This document shows positions 1-9,215 of a stretch of DNA of 64,000 nucleotides, piece by piece. Within the stretch, counting starts at the first letter, position 1. Each line of letters opens with the position of its first letter. Source of the DNA: an uncultured Bifidobacteriaceae bacterium (GTDB lineage: Bacteria > Verrucomicrobiota > Verrucomicrobiia > Limisphaerales > UBA11358); NCBI GenBank assembly GCA_964655855.1, contig CAZZPE010000007.1:12341-76340 (forward strand), given 5' to 3'. The position numbers were made by a program, and so were the translations under genes. The notes beneath the pieces were generated by a model that ran no database searches, was not told where the DNA came from, and saw only the letters and a list, made by a program, of their open reading frames with translations.

Positions 1-813
1 CTCCGGCGCGTCGTCCCATACCACGGCTTGGCCTGCATAATTCGGATCCACGTGAGCCGGGCAGCGGCCCATCATGCTGAAACATCCGTTGTCGGCCTTC
101 GTAAGGTGATGCAATTGCGAGTCCAGCGACGCCGTGAAGGATATGTTTCCAGGATGATCGCTGGTCAGCCGCACAATGATGGCCTGCGCCGGGTAGGAGG
201 CGAACACTTCGCGGGTGTAGCGAACGCCATCGCACATGAACTGCACGCGAATGATGCCTTGTTCAAGATCCAGTTCGCGCCGATAGTCCGTCACTTCGCT
301 GCTCATCGGAAAATCCATCTTCAAATCGCCGAGCGGTTGATAGCTTTCATTATATTTACCGTTCATGTAGCGCTCGACCTAGTGCTGGGCCTCCTTGTCA
401 TTGCCCACAAGCAGCAACCGGCGGATTTCCGGCAACGCCTTCAGTCCGTCAGGGTTAAGGTTGTCGTAGGGTTCGCCGGACCAGAGTGTGTCTTCGTTGA
501 GGTCGAACCGCTCGCTTGCCACGCCGCCCCAAACCATCGCGCCGAGCCGGCCATTGCCGATGGGCAAAGCCTCCGTCCAGCGCGAGGCGGGCTGTAAATA
601 GTTCAGTGTCAACTTACCGGCTCTTGCCGGGACTGCCGGCGAATCCAAGCACGTGAACGGGCCGGCCATGGCCGGCAGGCGCGAAAAGACTAGTCCCAAG
701 GTCGTGGCTGCGGATGCCTTCAGAAAACCGCGCCGGCTCCAGCCGGGATTTCCGGAACCGTAGAAATCACATGGCCCGGATCCCGCTTTCTCTTTGTAAC
801 TGTCGCTATTCAT
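1..813 (-). pseudogene. GH95-family alpha-L-fucosidase, 5' part (runs off the window at 1), interrupted by an in-frame TAG at 379-381
   Basis: ORF 379..813 has a Tat-type signal (SRRGFLKASAATTLGL) and GH95 N-terminal motifs (LPIGNGRLGAMVWGG, EDTLWSGEPY). My translation of the same frame below the stop reads VERYMNGKYNESYQPLGDLKMDFPMSSEVTDYRRELDLEQGIIRVQ, so family-like sequence continues without a frameshift. Confidence 0.6.
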
Positions 814-822
814 GGCTTGAAA

Positions 823-3800
823 TCAATGGGTGTCAGTCGCACGCAACACTACCGGCCCAAGCAGTCCGGATGGCAACAGTGAATCGCCGGGATGATAGGG
901 ATTATTGGTGGTCCACGTCAGGCGTTTTTCCAGCGGCAATGCAGAATCGGCGATGAGGCGGTTGACCCACGTGTTGACAACCCGAACTTCCAGCGTGTTC
1001 CGGCCCGGCTTCAATGCGCCGGTGACATCGAGCGCGTAAGGTTCTTTCCAGACGATGCCGAGGTCCTGTCCGTTGATTTTGACCGAGGCGAGCACCTCAA
1101 CTTTGCCGAGGTCGAGCATGATTGTCTCTCCCGGACGTAACGCTGGCATTTCAAATTCCTTGGTGTAAGTCGCCGAACCGGAGTAATCACGCACGCCGGC
1201 ATCCGGAAAATCCGTCCAGGAAACCAAATTGGTGAAAGTGACCTGTGCTGGCGCGCCCCATCCCGGCGTGAAGCGAACGTTCCACGGTCCGGTCAATGCC
1301 AGAAGTGTTGGCATGTCCGAGATGAGATTGGTTGTTGCCAGGGGTTGCGGCGTTGTCAGATTTTGCGCCTCCCGAAACACCACAAAGGCGGAAGCGTTTG
1401 CCTCCATTGTGAGCGGCACTTCGGTTCGGCCATTGATTTCGCGCCAGTTGCTGATTCCAGTTATCATTCCGGTGTCGGCGTCCCACCGCTCCGGAACGCG
1501 TCCCGCCACGCGGAACGCGGCGGTGACTTTTATGGCGCGAGGCTGGTGATTTGCCATAAAATAAATGTCGCTGTCTGCCGTCCGGCGGTGCGCATACAAG
1601 ATGTTCGTGACGGAGCTGTCACCGGTGATCTCAAAGTCGCGCGGCATGCCGATGGCCGCGAGCGCCTGCGCGGGTGTCATGCCCCACAGCATTCGCCCAG
1701 TTCCCGTCCAATGCCCGCCCGATGCCGGCAACGGGCCGCTGCCCCATAATTCGTCAGCGATTCGTCGCACTTCCTCATCGCCCGCTGCGCCGTCAGTCAG
1801 GGACGGCGACCCTGTGGGTTTGATCGGGCCAAGCACGGTGGCCCCGGCATTGACGAGCGCGCGGAGTCGTTTGGCGGCGGCGAGCGTCATCTGATTTCCA
1901 TCCGCAAGAATCAGCAGCCGGTAACTCATGCCGTCGGGCAGGACGATGAGCCCGTTTTTTACGCTCGCGCGCTTGATGAGCACTTCATCGCCGCAAACGT
2001 CGTAATCGTAGCCGGCGGGCGGCGCGGGCCGCATCCGCCAGGTGGCAATTTTGAGCGGCGTGTCGCTGCCTAGGTCATACAGAATATCGGCGACGGCATG
2101 ACCCTGACGCATGAGATAGGAAGAGCGCGCGAGTGAAGTCCAGAAACCGGCGCCGTCTTCCCACCAAGTGTTGTGCCGCTGATAAGGAACAAAAAATCTG
2201 TCCTGTGTGACACCAGGCAAACGGTCGTCCCATGGTTGATGAATATAGGCGAGCACGACGAACCGGTTGATTCCCAATGCCAGTGCCGCATCGGCGAACG
2301 GCTTCATCATTCCCGGATGGGCATCCGCGCGGCTGCCGGTGAACGATTCAGCGGCGGCGACGGGCTTGCCGTAAACGTGCGCCGCACTCGCGGTTTCCTT
2401 GCAGTCCATCGTGCCGTTGGGCTGGCTCATCCAGAACTCGCCCATCGGAATATCCGTCCAGCCTTTCGCTTGAATATTGTCGCTTGGCAGGCAGGTGGCG
2501 ATGCCGGGAGCCTCGGCCATTTCGGTCATTCCCTCAGCGTGGCAAAGGTTTTGGAATGTGCCGTAGTATTCCTCGCTCATCAGGTCGGCGATGGTTCGGC
2601 GGACATCGAACAGGAATTTATCCGATTGCTCGCGGCTGCCGACCACCCGGCCCATCATCGCTGGAAGAAAATTGCGCATGGAATAGCCGCGGCGTTTCTC
2701 GAACTGCGCCTCGAAACCCGGCGTCCAGTTCTGCGAACCGTGCTCCGCGCTGTCAATGTTGATGCCCGCAAGCTTCGCGCCTGGCACGCGGCGGACTTCA
2801 CGCAGAATGACGCCGACATAGTTTGTGAATTGAACCCGCGTGGCTTCAGCACTTAACTTGTCGGATTCGAGACCCAGGTTCTCCGGCCGGCCATGTTTTG
2901 TTCTGGCGCCGGTCGGCGTGTGGCCCAGTCGCAAAATCGTCCAGCTCCCCGGCGGCGCGTTCCACGTCAGTTTTCCATCCGCGCCGAGTTGTTTGGTGAG
3001 GTCGAGGATATTTGCCGGATCAATCACTTCTTTGCCGGAATAATCGGGCGTGCGGTCGGGATAGGAGAAGTCAACTACGTTGCCCGATTTCTTTTCCCAT
3101 TGGTCAATGCGCGCCTCGCCGTGCAACTCGACGCCGCCGATGACCAGATCGTCGTCATTCGCCAGGTAATTGTGTCCCCAGCCGTGGAAATTAAGCCGGA
3201 AGTATCGCGCGGTCGTCGCCGGAAACGCAACCGTCTGTGGCGTCCAACTATCCTGCAAGTAACCGGTGGCGGGCAATTCGCAGACAGAACGCCACACCTG
3301 GCCGTCGACACTCGCTTCCAGGCGGCCGATGGGCGGATTGAGCCGCATGTTCTGTCCGTAGAAATCATCTCTCCAAAACGTCGGCACCTGCGTGGCAATC
3401 ACGAGCGCTTTCGAGTTGAACCGGACCGAGTAAGTGAGGCTGCGCGCGGTGCATGGCCGGTCGTAATCGAGCTGAACCAACACCGGCCCTCCGTCAGTTG
3501 TTGGGTGGATGCGCGCCTTGGTTCTGTCGTCGGTGCTGAAAAGTTGCTCGAAATCAATTCCTGGCGGATTGCTCGTGTAAACCGGTTTTGGCAACGCCTC
3601 CGCTCCGCCGCCGGCGGGCGTCGGATAAGCGAGCACCGCAACGTCGCGATAATAGTTCAATTTGGCGGGTGGCTGCGGCAAAGCAATGGAAATGGAATGT
3701 CCGCCTTCAACCACCGTTTCGCTTGCGACGAGCCGCTGCATTCCCAGCGCTGGAGTAATCCACGGTCCGCCCGCGACATAACCGTCGCTCACGTTGACCT

Positions 3801-4161
3801 CCAGCGTAAGTCCAAGACGGGCGCATTCGGCGGAGGCGAAACGCAAGCGCGCCAGCCATTCCGGCGAGAGACTTTTCAACGCATCGGGACGGTCGGTGAA
3901 AACCTGTTCATAAATCACCACGCCGCCGAATCCGACCCGCTTGAGCGATTCCAAATCCTGGGTGATGCCGTGATCGGTGGTGACGGATTCGCCCCAAAAC
4001 CACCATGCCGCCGGCTTCGAAGCGCTCGGCGGAGAAATAAAATTCTGTTCCAAATAATCAGGGGCGTTGGTCACGACGCCGGCAGAACTTTTGATGTCTG
4101 CCACCGCCAGAATTGTCAGGCAGACGGCCGTGGTCAGCCAGCGATACAAATGGTTTTTCAT
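823..4161 (-). CDS. Large secreted glycoside hydrolase, GH106-like (alpha-L-rhamnosidase-type)
   Basis: 1112 aa with a signal peptide (MKNHLYRWLTTAVCLTILAVA). N-terminal motif PAAWWFWGESVTTDHGITQDLESLKRVGFGGVVIYEQ. C-terminal sugar-binding-like block VKINGQDLGIVWKEPYALDVTGALKPGRNTLEVRVVNTWVNRL. The family assignment is from remembered motif patterns only. Confidence 0.55.
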   Translation of the reverse strand: MKNHLYRWLTTAVCLTILAVADIKSSAGVVTNAPDYLEQNFISPPSASKPAAWWFWGESVTTDHGITQDLESLKRVGFGGVVIYEQVFTDRPDALKSLSPEWLARLRFASAECARLGLTLEVNVSDGYVAGGPWITPALGMQRLVASETVVEGGHSISIALPQPPAKLNYYRDVAVLAYPTPAGGGAEALPKPVYTSNPPGIDFEQLFSTDDRTKARIHPTTDGGPVLVQLDYDRPCTARSLTYSVRFNSKALVIATQVPTFWRDDFYGQNMRLNPPIGRLEASVDGQVWRSVCELPATGYLQDSWTPQTVAFPATTARYFRLNFHGWGHNYLANDDDLVIGGVELHGEARIDQWEKKSGNVVDFSYPDRTPDYSGKEVIDPANILDLTKQLGADGKLTWNAPPGSWTILRLGHTPTGARTKHGRPENLGLESDKLSAEATRVQFTNYVGVILREVRRVPGAKLAGINIDSAEHGSQNWTPGFEAQFEKRRGYSMRNFLPAMMGRVVGSREQSDKFLFDVRRTIADLMSEEYYGTFQNLCHAEGMTEMAEAPGIATCLPSDNIQAKGWTDIPMGEFWMSQPNGTMDCKETASAAHVYGKPVAAAESFTGSRADAHPGMMKPFADAALALGINRFVVLAYIHQPWDDRLPGVTQDRFFVPYQRHNTWWEDGAGFWTSLARSSYLMRQGHAVADILYDLGSDTPLKIATWRMRPAPPAGYDYDVCGDEVLIKRASVKNGLIVLPDGMSYRLLILADGNQMTLAAAKRLRALVNAGATVLGPIKPTGSPSLTDGAAGDEEVRRIADELWGSGPLPASGGHWTGTGRMLWGMTPAQALAAIGMPRDFEITGDSSVTNILYAHRRTADSDIYFMANHQPRAIKVTAAFRVAGRVPERWDADTGMITGISNWREINGRTEVPLTMEANASAFVVFREAQNLTTPQPLATTNLISDMPTLLALTGPWNVRFTPGWGAPAQVTFTNLVSWTDFPDAGVRDYSGSATYTKEFEMPALRPGETIMLDLGKVEVLASVKINGQDLGIVWKEPYALDVTGALKPGRNTLEVRVVNTWVNRLIADSALPLEKRLTWTTNNPYHPGDSLLPSGLLGPVVLRATDTH

Positions 4162-4177
4162 GTGAGCGTGGTGAATT

Positions 4178-7100
4178 TTATGGAACCTGAATGAAGTAAA
4201 ATTGATTTGGTGTTCCGTTTGCGACGGAACTGGTCATTTGAAAGTTGCCCAGCAAATCAAAATGGTTCGTGGCTAGGCGCGCCCAATTTGACAACGACAG
4301 GGAGATATTGGTCGAGGTCAGGACAAAGTAGTTGCTCGTCGCCAGTCCACCAGCGCCGGTGAAGATAAAATTGGTCGAGACCATTGCGGTGGTGGAGATG
4401 ACCGGCTTGAATGCCAGCAAATTCACTTGCCCGGGAACATTCGTGGCGAGGAGGTATTTGAAACCGGGAGGCATCACACCCATCGCTAGGCTGCCGGAAA
4501 GCGTGCCGGTGTAGGTGAACAAGGTATTCGTCCTGGCCACCGGTCCGCCGATGTTGGTCGCATTCAACGTGCCGCCGAGGGCGAGATTGCCTTTCACCAC
4601 GATGCGGTCGTTGTTGGTGCCAAGACCGAAACTGGAAACGGATCCCGCAGCCAGCGTGAGATTGTTGCTGACGGTCAGCGTGCCAGCCGTCGCGTTGTTG
4701 GTGCCAGGCGAAATTGTGCCGCCCGCGAGGACGGAGACCGGGCCGTTGATGACGCCGACGCCCGCCAGCGTGCCGCCGGCGACGGTGACGGTGTTGGTGT
4801 AAAGCGAACCGTTGACCTGCAACGTCCCATTGCTGATGGTCGTGGCGCCACTATTGGTGCAGTTGCCATTTAGCGTGAGTGTGCCAGCGCCGGCTTTGAT
4901 GATGGCAGTGGCGCCGGATGAACCGTCTGAGATCTGCCCGTTGAATGTGGAATCAAAGCCGAGCGCACCGATGACATAGGTGGTTAGATTCGCATAACTG
5001 GAGGCGCCGGAGATTTTTGTCGAGGCACCTCCCGACAACGCACCGAGTTGAACGGTGATCCCGCCGTTGCGATTGTAAAGGTTGCCAGTGCTGTTGCCGA
5101 GGTCAAACCACGCGTTGGAGCCGCCCAGCGTGCCGTAAAACCGGCATGGCGCGCCATTGCCCGGCGCCCAAGCGATGGTTCCAGCAAACTCGCTCCAATC
5201 ACCGGCGGGCGTGAAAACGCCCGAACAGGTCGAGTTCAAATACAACGTGCCGCCGCCCGTCAGCGGCGCGGCCGGCGAGACATTGCCGGAGCCGCTGATC
5301 GTCCAGGTGTTGCTGCCGGAATTAACAATCGGATTCGTGAACGAAATGGTGTCTTCATTCAGCGTGCCGCCGCCGGTAAGTTGAATGCTGTTGTTGTCGG
5401 CAGAGTATTGGTTGTTGATTTGCAAAGTTCCACCGGCCACCGCCAAACCGCCGTTGAAAATATTTGTTCCGGACAAGGCAACGGTGCCAGGCCCGAGAAT
5501 CGTGATGCCATTGGTGCCGGAAATCGCTCCCGCCAAAGTCAGCGTGCCGGTGGAGAGGTTGCTGACGTCTAAATCGCTGTTCAAAATAACCGGCGTGGAA
5601 ATCGTGTCGCCCTTGCCGGCGGCCAATTCCACCAGCAACGCCTCGCCGGGCGTGTCGTCAAACGTCAGCGCGCCGCCATTGCCGGTGAGGTTGAACGCGC
5701 CGCCGGATGCGCCGAGGCTCAAATCCCCGACCGTGATGGACTGGTTCAGATTGATCGTCTGGCCGGCGGCGATGGGCGAATTGACAATCGCCGTCGCCTG
5801 CGTGGAATTGGGAAAGGCGGTGCCGTTGCTCCAATTGGTGTTCACATTCCAGCCTTGCGCGGAAGTCGTTATGGCGTTGATCCAATAAATCGGCGGCGGC
5901 CCGGAAAATGGAATAGCGCTGGCTTCCGGCGAATAAATACTGTTGCCTCCCGTGCTTACGGCATAAACGACATAGAAGTAATTCGTTCCGTTCCGCAGGC
6001 CCGTGTCGGTGTAAGTCGTGTTGGTCGTGGCGGCCACCACGAACGTTTCATAGCCGCTGTTTGTGCCGCGCAGAATGACGTAATTCGTGGCGCCGATGAC
6101 TGGACTCCACCGCAGTGAAATTTGCGCGTTGCCCGGATAAGCGTTCAGGCTGGCCGGCGCAGCCGGCGGCGTGCTGACGATGGTGGAATTGCCCGAAACT
6201 CCGCCGGCGTTCATCGCGATGACCGTGTAGGAAAAAAGCGTGTTGGAACTCAATCCGCCATCGGTGTAGTTCGTCGTGGTCATGCTCAACACATAATTGG
6301 TCGGAAACGAAAACGGCCCGGCGGGACTGTTGCTGGCGCGGTAGAGAATATAGCCAACCGCGCCGCTCACCGGCGACCAGGTGACAAAGACCGACTGGTT
6401 CGTGCTGGTGACGGTGGTTTTAATGGAAACATTTGCCGGCGGCGTGGCGGGCGGTGGCGGAACCGGTTTGGCCGTGACCGCCGCCGAAGCGCCGCTGGTG
6501 CCACCGGCGCTGGTGGCTGTCACGAAATAGCTGTAAGTGCAACCCAAGGTTCCCGAAGCATCGGTGTAAGTGGTGTTGGTGGTCGTGTTGCTCAAGGTGA
6601 TATAAAAAGGAACATAGCCAAGCAGATTGACCACGGTGCCGCGCTGAACGGTGTAGTAATTTGCTCCTGGCGAAGCGCTCCACGCCAGCGTCACGGCGTT
6701 GTTGGTGCTGGTGACGGTCAAGCCAGTCGGTGTGGCTGGAGTCGAGGTGGAAAACCCCGATGAAGGAGTCACGCCACCGCTGGCCGGTGAGTTGGTGCTG
6801 CTGCCAACAGGGTTTGCCGACTGCACTTTGTAGTAATAAGTGGTGTTATTCGCAGCGCTGTTGTCAACATAAGTGGCGTTCTGTGGGCCGCTGCCGCAAA
6901 CCGGACCAGTCACCCCGTTCGTAATGGAAACATAACCAGTGCCGGAAGTAGTTGATCGAAGGATGTTATAGCTCGTTGCGCCGGGCGTGACCGGCCAGCT
7001 TAAGAGAACAGCGTTGTTGCCGGCATAAGCGGCAATCCCGGCCGGCGTCGGCGGCACATAGCCGGTGAGTTCGAGCCGGATATAGTCATACATGAATTGG

Positions 7101-9127
7101 TTGAAAAAGCTGGCCCCGCCAGCTTGCCGCAAAGTGATGACAATTGTGTTGGTGCCCGCGACCAGAATATTGCCGGGGAAATTGATGCGCTCGTCGGTGG
7201 CCGGGCCGTGATTCCCTTCACGAACGCTCGTGTCATCGCCAACCGGCGGACCATAGCCGGTCGTGGGGAATGAACTCGGCGAAGCGGTCATCCCGGAAAC
7301 GTTCGCCAGATTCTGGCCGTTGACGGTGAGAATCACCGCATCCGCGTCGTTGGCCGCCAGCGCGATATACAGCGACGCCGTGGAATTGGCCGCCGGAGCC
7401 GACGCCAGATTTAATGTGATGGTCGAACTGGTTGAAACCGAATTGCCGGCGAAGCTCGGCACGGATGACTGAACGTAATTCCAATCGGTGCTCCAGCGGC
7501 TTTGTCCGACGACATAGTTCAAACCATTTGGAAAGTCGAACGGAAACTCGAAGAACTTATCCCACACAGGACTTGGCGCGGTCGGGCTGGGGCCAACATC
7601 GCCCACATTGTAATCGTCGCCGTGCCGGAACTTGTCCGACTTGCGGTTTGGATAACCGATTTCAAAAACCGTCGGCCCCACGCGCGATGGCGTCCAAGTC
7701 ACCGTTCCTAAATTATTCGTCGCGCCGCCCGTGACCGTCACCGCAAACGGTGTCGCCGACACATTGAATAAAATCGGCGGGCTGCCACCGGTTTGATTTT
7801 GCGACAGGAAAGTTCCCTCCGCGCCCGGGCCGAAGGCATACAAGGTGTAATTATTCGTGGCGACGACATTTGGAATCGTGAAGTTTCCACCGGCATCCGT
7901 CTTGACCCAGAAATGCAACGGCTTCGCCCATTCCTGGAAATCGTAGTTGTTGACCACGGTGACGGGCTGGCGGACCACGCCCACCCACAAGTTCGAGGCG
8001 GAAGCATTCGGATTGCCGCTGTCGTTGATGACAATTTTTCCGGTCACGGTGCCGCGTTGCGATGCCGATGCGTAAACCGGATTGCTGAACCAACTGTAAG
8101 GCCACGCGGAAACTTCCGCCGCCGCCTGCGCCTGTGCATCAGCGAAGAGCGCGCGGGAAGTCTGCACCGGATCGGTGAGGGAGTTCGTGACTTTGTTGAA
8201 ATAAATGAAATAAGGACCGGAAGCGCGCGACCAGACTTCGCCGCTGCCATAACTATTGTCCAAGGGGAACGAATGGCTGCCGCCAATCATGTTGACCATC
8301 GGCGCGTCGGTGAGATCCGCGTTCAACGGTCCGCCGGCATCATATTCGGAACTGGCCTTGACATGCCAGATGCCGATGTTTTGCCCGACCACGCCGGCGG
8401 AGGCATCGCTAACGCTACTCCAGCCCCAAACCCACAACGAAATCAAATCCGTGATGCCTTTGTATTTGTCGTCGTAGGTTCCCTGCCGGATGCCGGTAGT
8501 CACCAGGGAATTTTCCCCGGGGGAATAAAACGCGGGCGTGTGGCTTTCGCCGATGCCAATCTCCCAATCCCGCGCGGCGTCCACGCTCTCCCAGTTGAAG
8601 TAAGGCGCAAAGTAAATGTTGTCACGCATCTCGCCGGTGCCCACCGCGCCATCCTGTGCACGGTGGCTCCAGACGGGCGTCACATAAAATCCCGGCGAGC
8701 CGCGCAGCATCGAATAATGGATGTCCACCGTGCCGTTTGTGGCAGAATCGCTGAACAAGTCCACTTCGGCGTAACTGCCGCTGTTCGTCACCGGCGAGTA
8801 GGCGAAGCTGCCCGAACCGAAACCGCCAAACTCCCAATAAAATGTTCCTCCGTTTTTGCCGCCGGCGAGCACCTGGTTCGTCACCGCGACGCCGCTGTTG
8901 TTGTAGGTGTAGTAAATCTGGTTGATGTTCGCATTGGCCTTGGTGATGACGATGGAAATTACGCCGTTGGCCATCGTCACCGTGCCGTTGCCGTTGTCCG
9001 TCACGGTGACGTCCGGCCCTGTGCCGCTGCCGCCGCCAGGGATATTGGCGTGAGCCGGCGCGGTGAGAACCACGCCGCACCACCACATCAGCAAGATGAC
9101 AGTGAAGGAAAATGTCTTTTTCATCAT
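4178..9127 (-). CDS. Giant secreted rhamnogalacturonan lyase (PL4-like) with four FN3-like modules and autotransporter-associated beta-strand repeats
   Basis: The ORF extends to 9196; the likely start is MMKKTF at 9127/9124, giving signal peptide MMKKTFSFTVILLMWWCGVVLTAPAHA. The N-terminal ~600 aa are RhgB-like (VTVTDNGNGTVTMANGVISIVITK, GGTFYWEFGG, HYSMLRGSPGFYV). Four modules carry the pattern xLxWxxxxGAxxYxxxR. The C-terminal ~550 aa hold G/T/N-rich GGTLTLxG...GTLQVNG repeats. Confidence 0.7.
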   Translation of the reverse strand: MMKKTFSFTVILLMWWCGVVLTAPAHANIPGGGSGTGPDVTVTDNGNGTVTMANGVISIVITKANANINQIYYTYNNSGVAVTNQVLAGGKNGGTFYWEFGGFGSGSFAYSPVTNSGSYAEVDLFSDSATNGTVDIHYSMLRGSPGFYVTPVWSHRAQDGAVGTGEMRDNIYFAPYFNWESVDAARDWEIGIGESHTPAFYSPGENSLVTTGIRQGTYDDKYKGITDLISLWVWGWSSVSDASAGVVGQNIGIWHVKASSEYDAGGPLNADLTDAPMVNMIGGSHSFPLDNSYGSGEVWSRASGPYFIYFNKVTNSLTDPVQTSRALFADAQAQAAAEVSAWPYSWFSNPVYASASQRGTVTGKIVINDSGNPNASASNLWVGVVRQPVTVVNNYDFQEWAKPLHFWVKTDAGGNFTIPNVVATNNYTLYAFGPGAEGTFLSQNQTGGSPPILFNVSATPFAVTVTGGATNNLGTVTWTPSRVGPTVFEIGYPNRKSDKFRHGDDYNVGDVGPSPTAPSPVWDKFFEFPFDFPNGLNYVVGQSRWSTDWNYVQSSVPSFAGNSVSTSSTITLNLASAPAANSTASLYIALAANDADAVILTVNGQNLANVSGMTASPSSFPTTGYGPPVGDDTSVREGNHGPATDERINFPGNILVAGTNTIVITLRQAGGASFFNQFMYDYIRLELTGYVPPTPAGIAAYAGNNAVLLSWPVTPGATSYNILRSTTSGTGYVSITNGVTGPVCGSGPQNATYVDNSAANNTTYYYKVQSANPVGSSTNSPASGGVTPSSGFSTSTPATPTGLTVTSTNNAVTLAWSASPGANYYTVQRGTVVNLLGYVPFYITLSNTTTNTTYTDASGTLGCTYSYFVTATSAGGTSGASAAVTAKPVPPPPATPPANVSIKTTVTSTNQSVFVTWSPVSGAVGYILYRASNSPAGPFSFPTNYVLSMTTTNYTDGGLSSNTLFSYTVIAMNAGGVSGNSTIVSTPPAAPASLNAYPGNAQISLRWSPVIGATNYVILRGTNSGYETFVVAATTNTTYTDTGLRNGTNYFYVVYAVSTGGNSIYSPEASAIPFSGPPPIYWINAITTSAQGWNVNTNWSNGTAFPNSTQATAIVNSPIAAGQTINLNQSITVGDLSLGASGGAFNLTGNGGALTFDDTPGEALLVELAAGKGDTISTPVILNSDLDVSNLSTGTLTLAGAISGTNGITILGPGTVALSGTNIFNGGLAVAGGTLQINNQYSADNNSIQLTGGGTLNEDTISFTNPIVNSGSNTWTISGSGNVSPAAPLTGGGTLYLNSTCSGVFTPAGDWSEFAGTIAWAPGNGAPCRFYGTLGGSNAWFDLGNSTGNLYNRNGGITVQLGALSGGASTKISGASSYANLTTYVIGALGFDSTFNGQISDGSSGATAIIKAGAGTLTLNGNCTNSGATTISNGTLQVNGSLYTNTVTVAGGTLAGVGVINGPVSVLAGGTISPGTNNATAGTLTVSNNLTLAAGSVSSFGLGTNNDRIVVKGNLALGGTLNATNIGGPVARTNTLFTYTGTLSGSLAMGVMPPGFKYLLATNVPGQVNLLAFKPVISTTAMVSTNFIFTGAGGLATSNYFVLTSTNISLSLSNWARLATNHFDLLGNFQMTSSVANGTPNQFYFIQVP

Positions 9128-9215
9128 GAAATAGTGAAGCATGCTATTTTTTCCGGCCGTTTTGAATCTCGCAAATTCTGGTGACACGTCGTTCACCCAA
9201 AAGTAATGTCTGGGT

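Noticed and set aside
379-381. TAG in the GH95 gene as a recoded (pyrrolysine or read-through) codon
   Set aside because: At least three other genes in the window terminate on TAG. No pyl genes or recoding signal were seen. A pseudogene or sequencing error is the simpler explanation.
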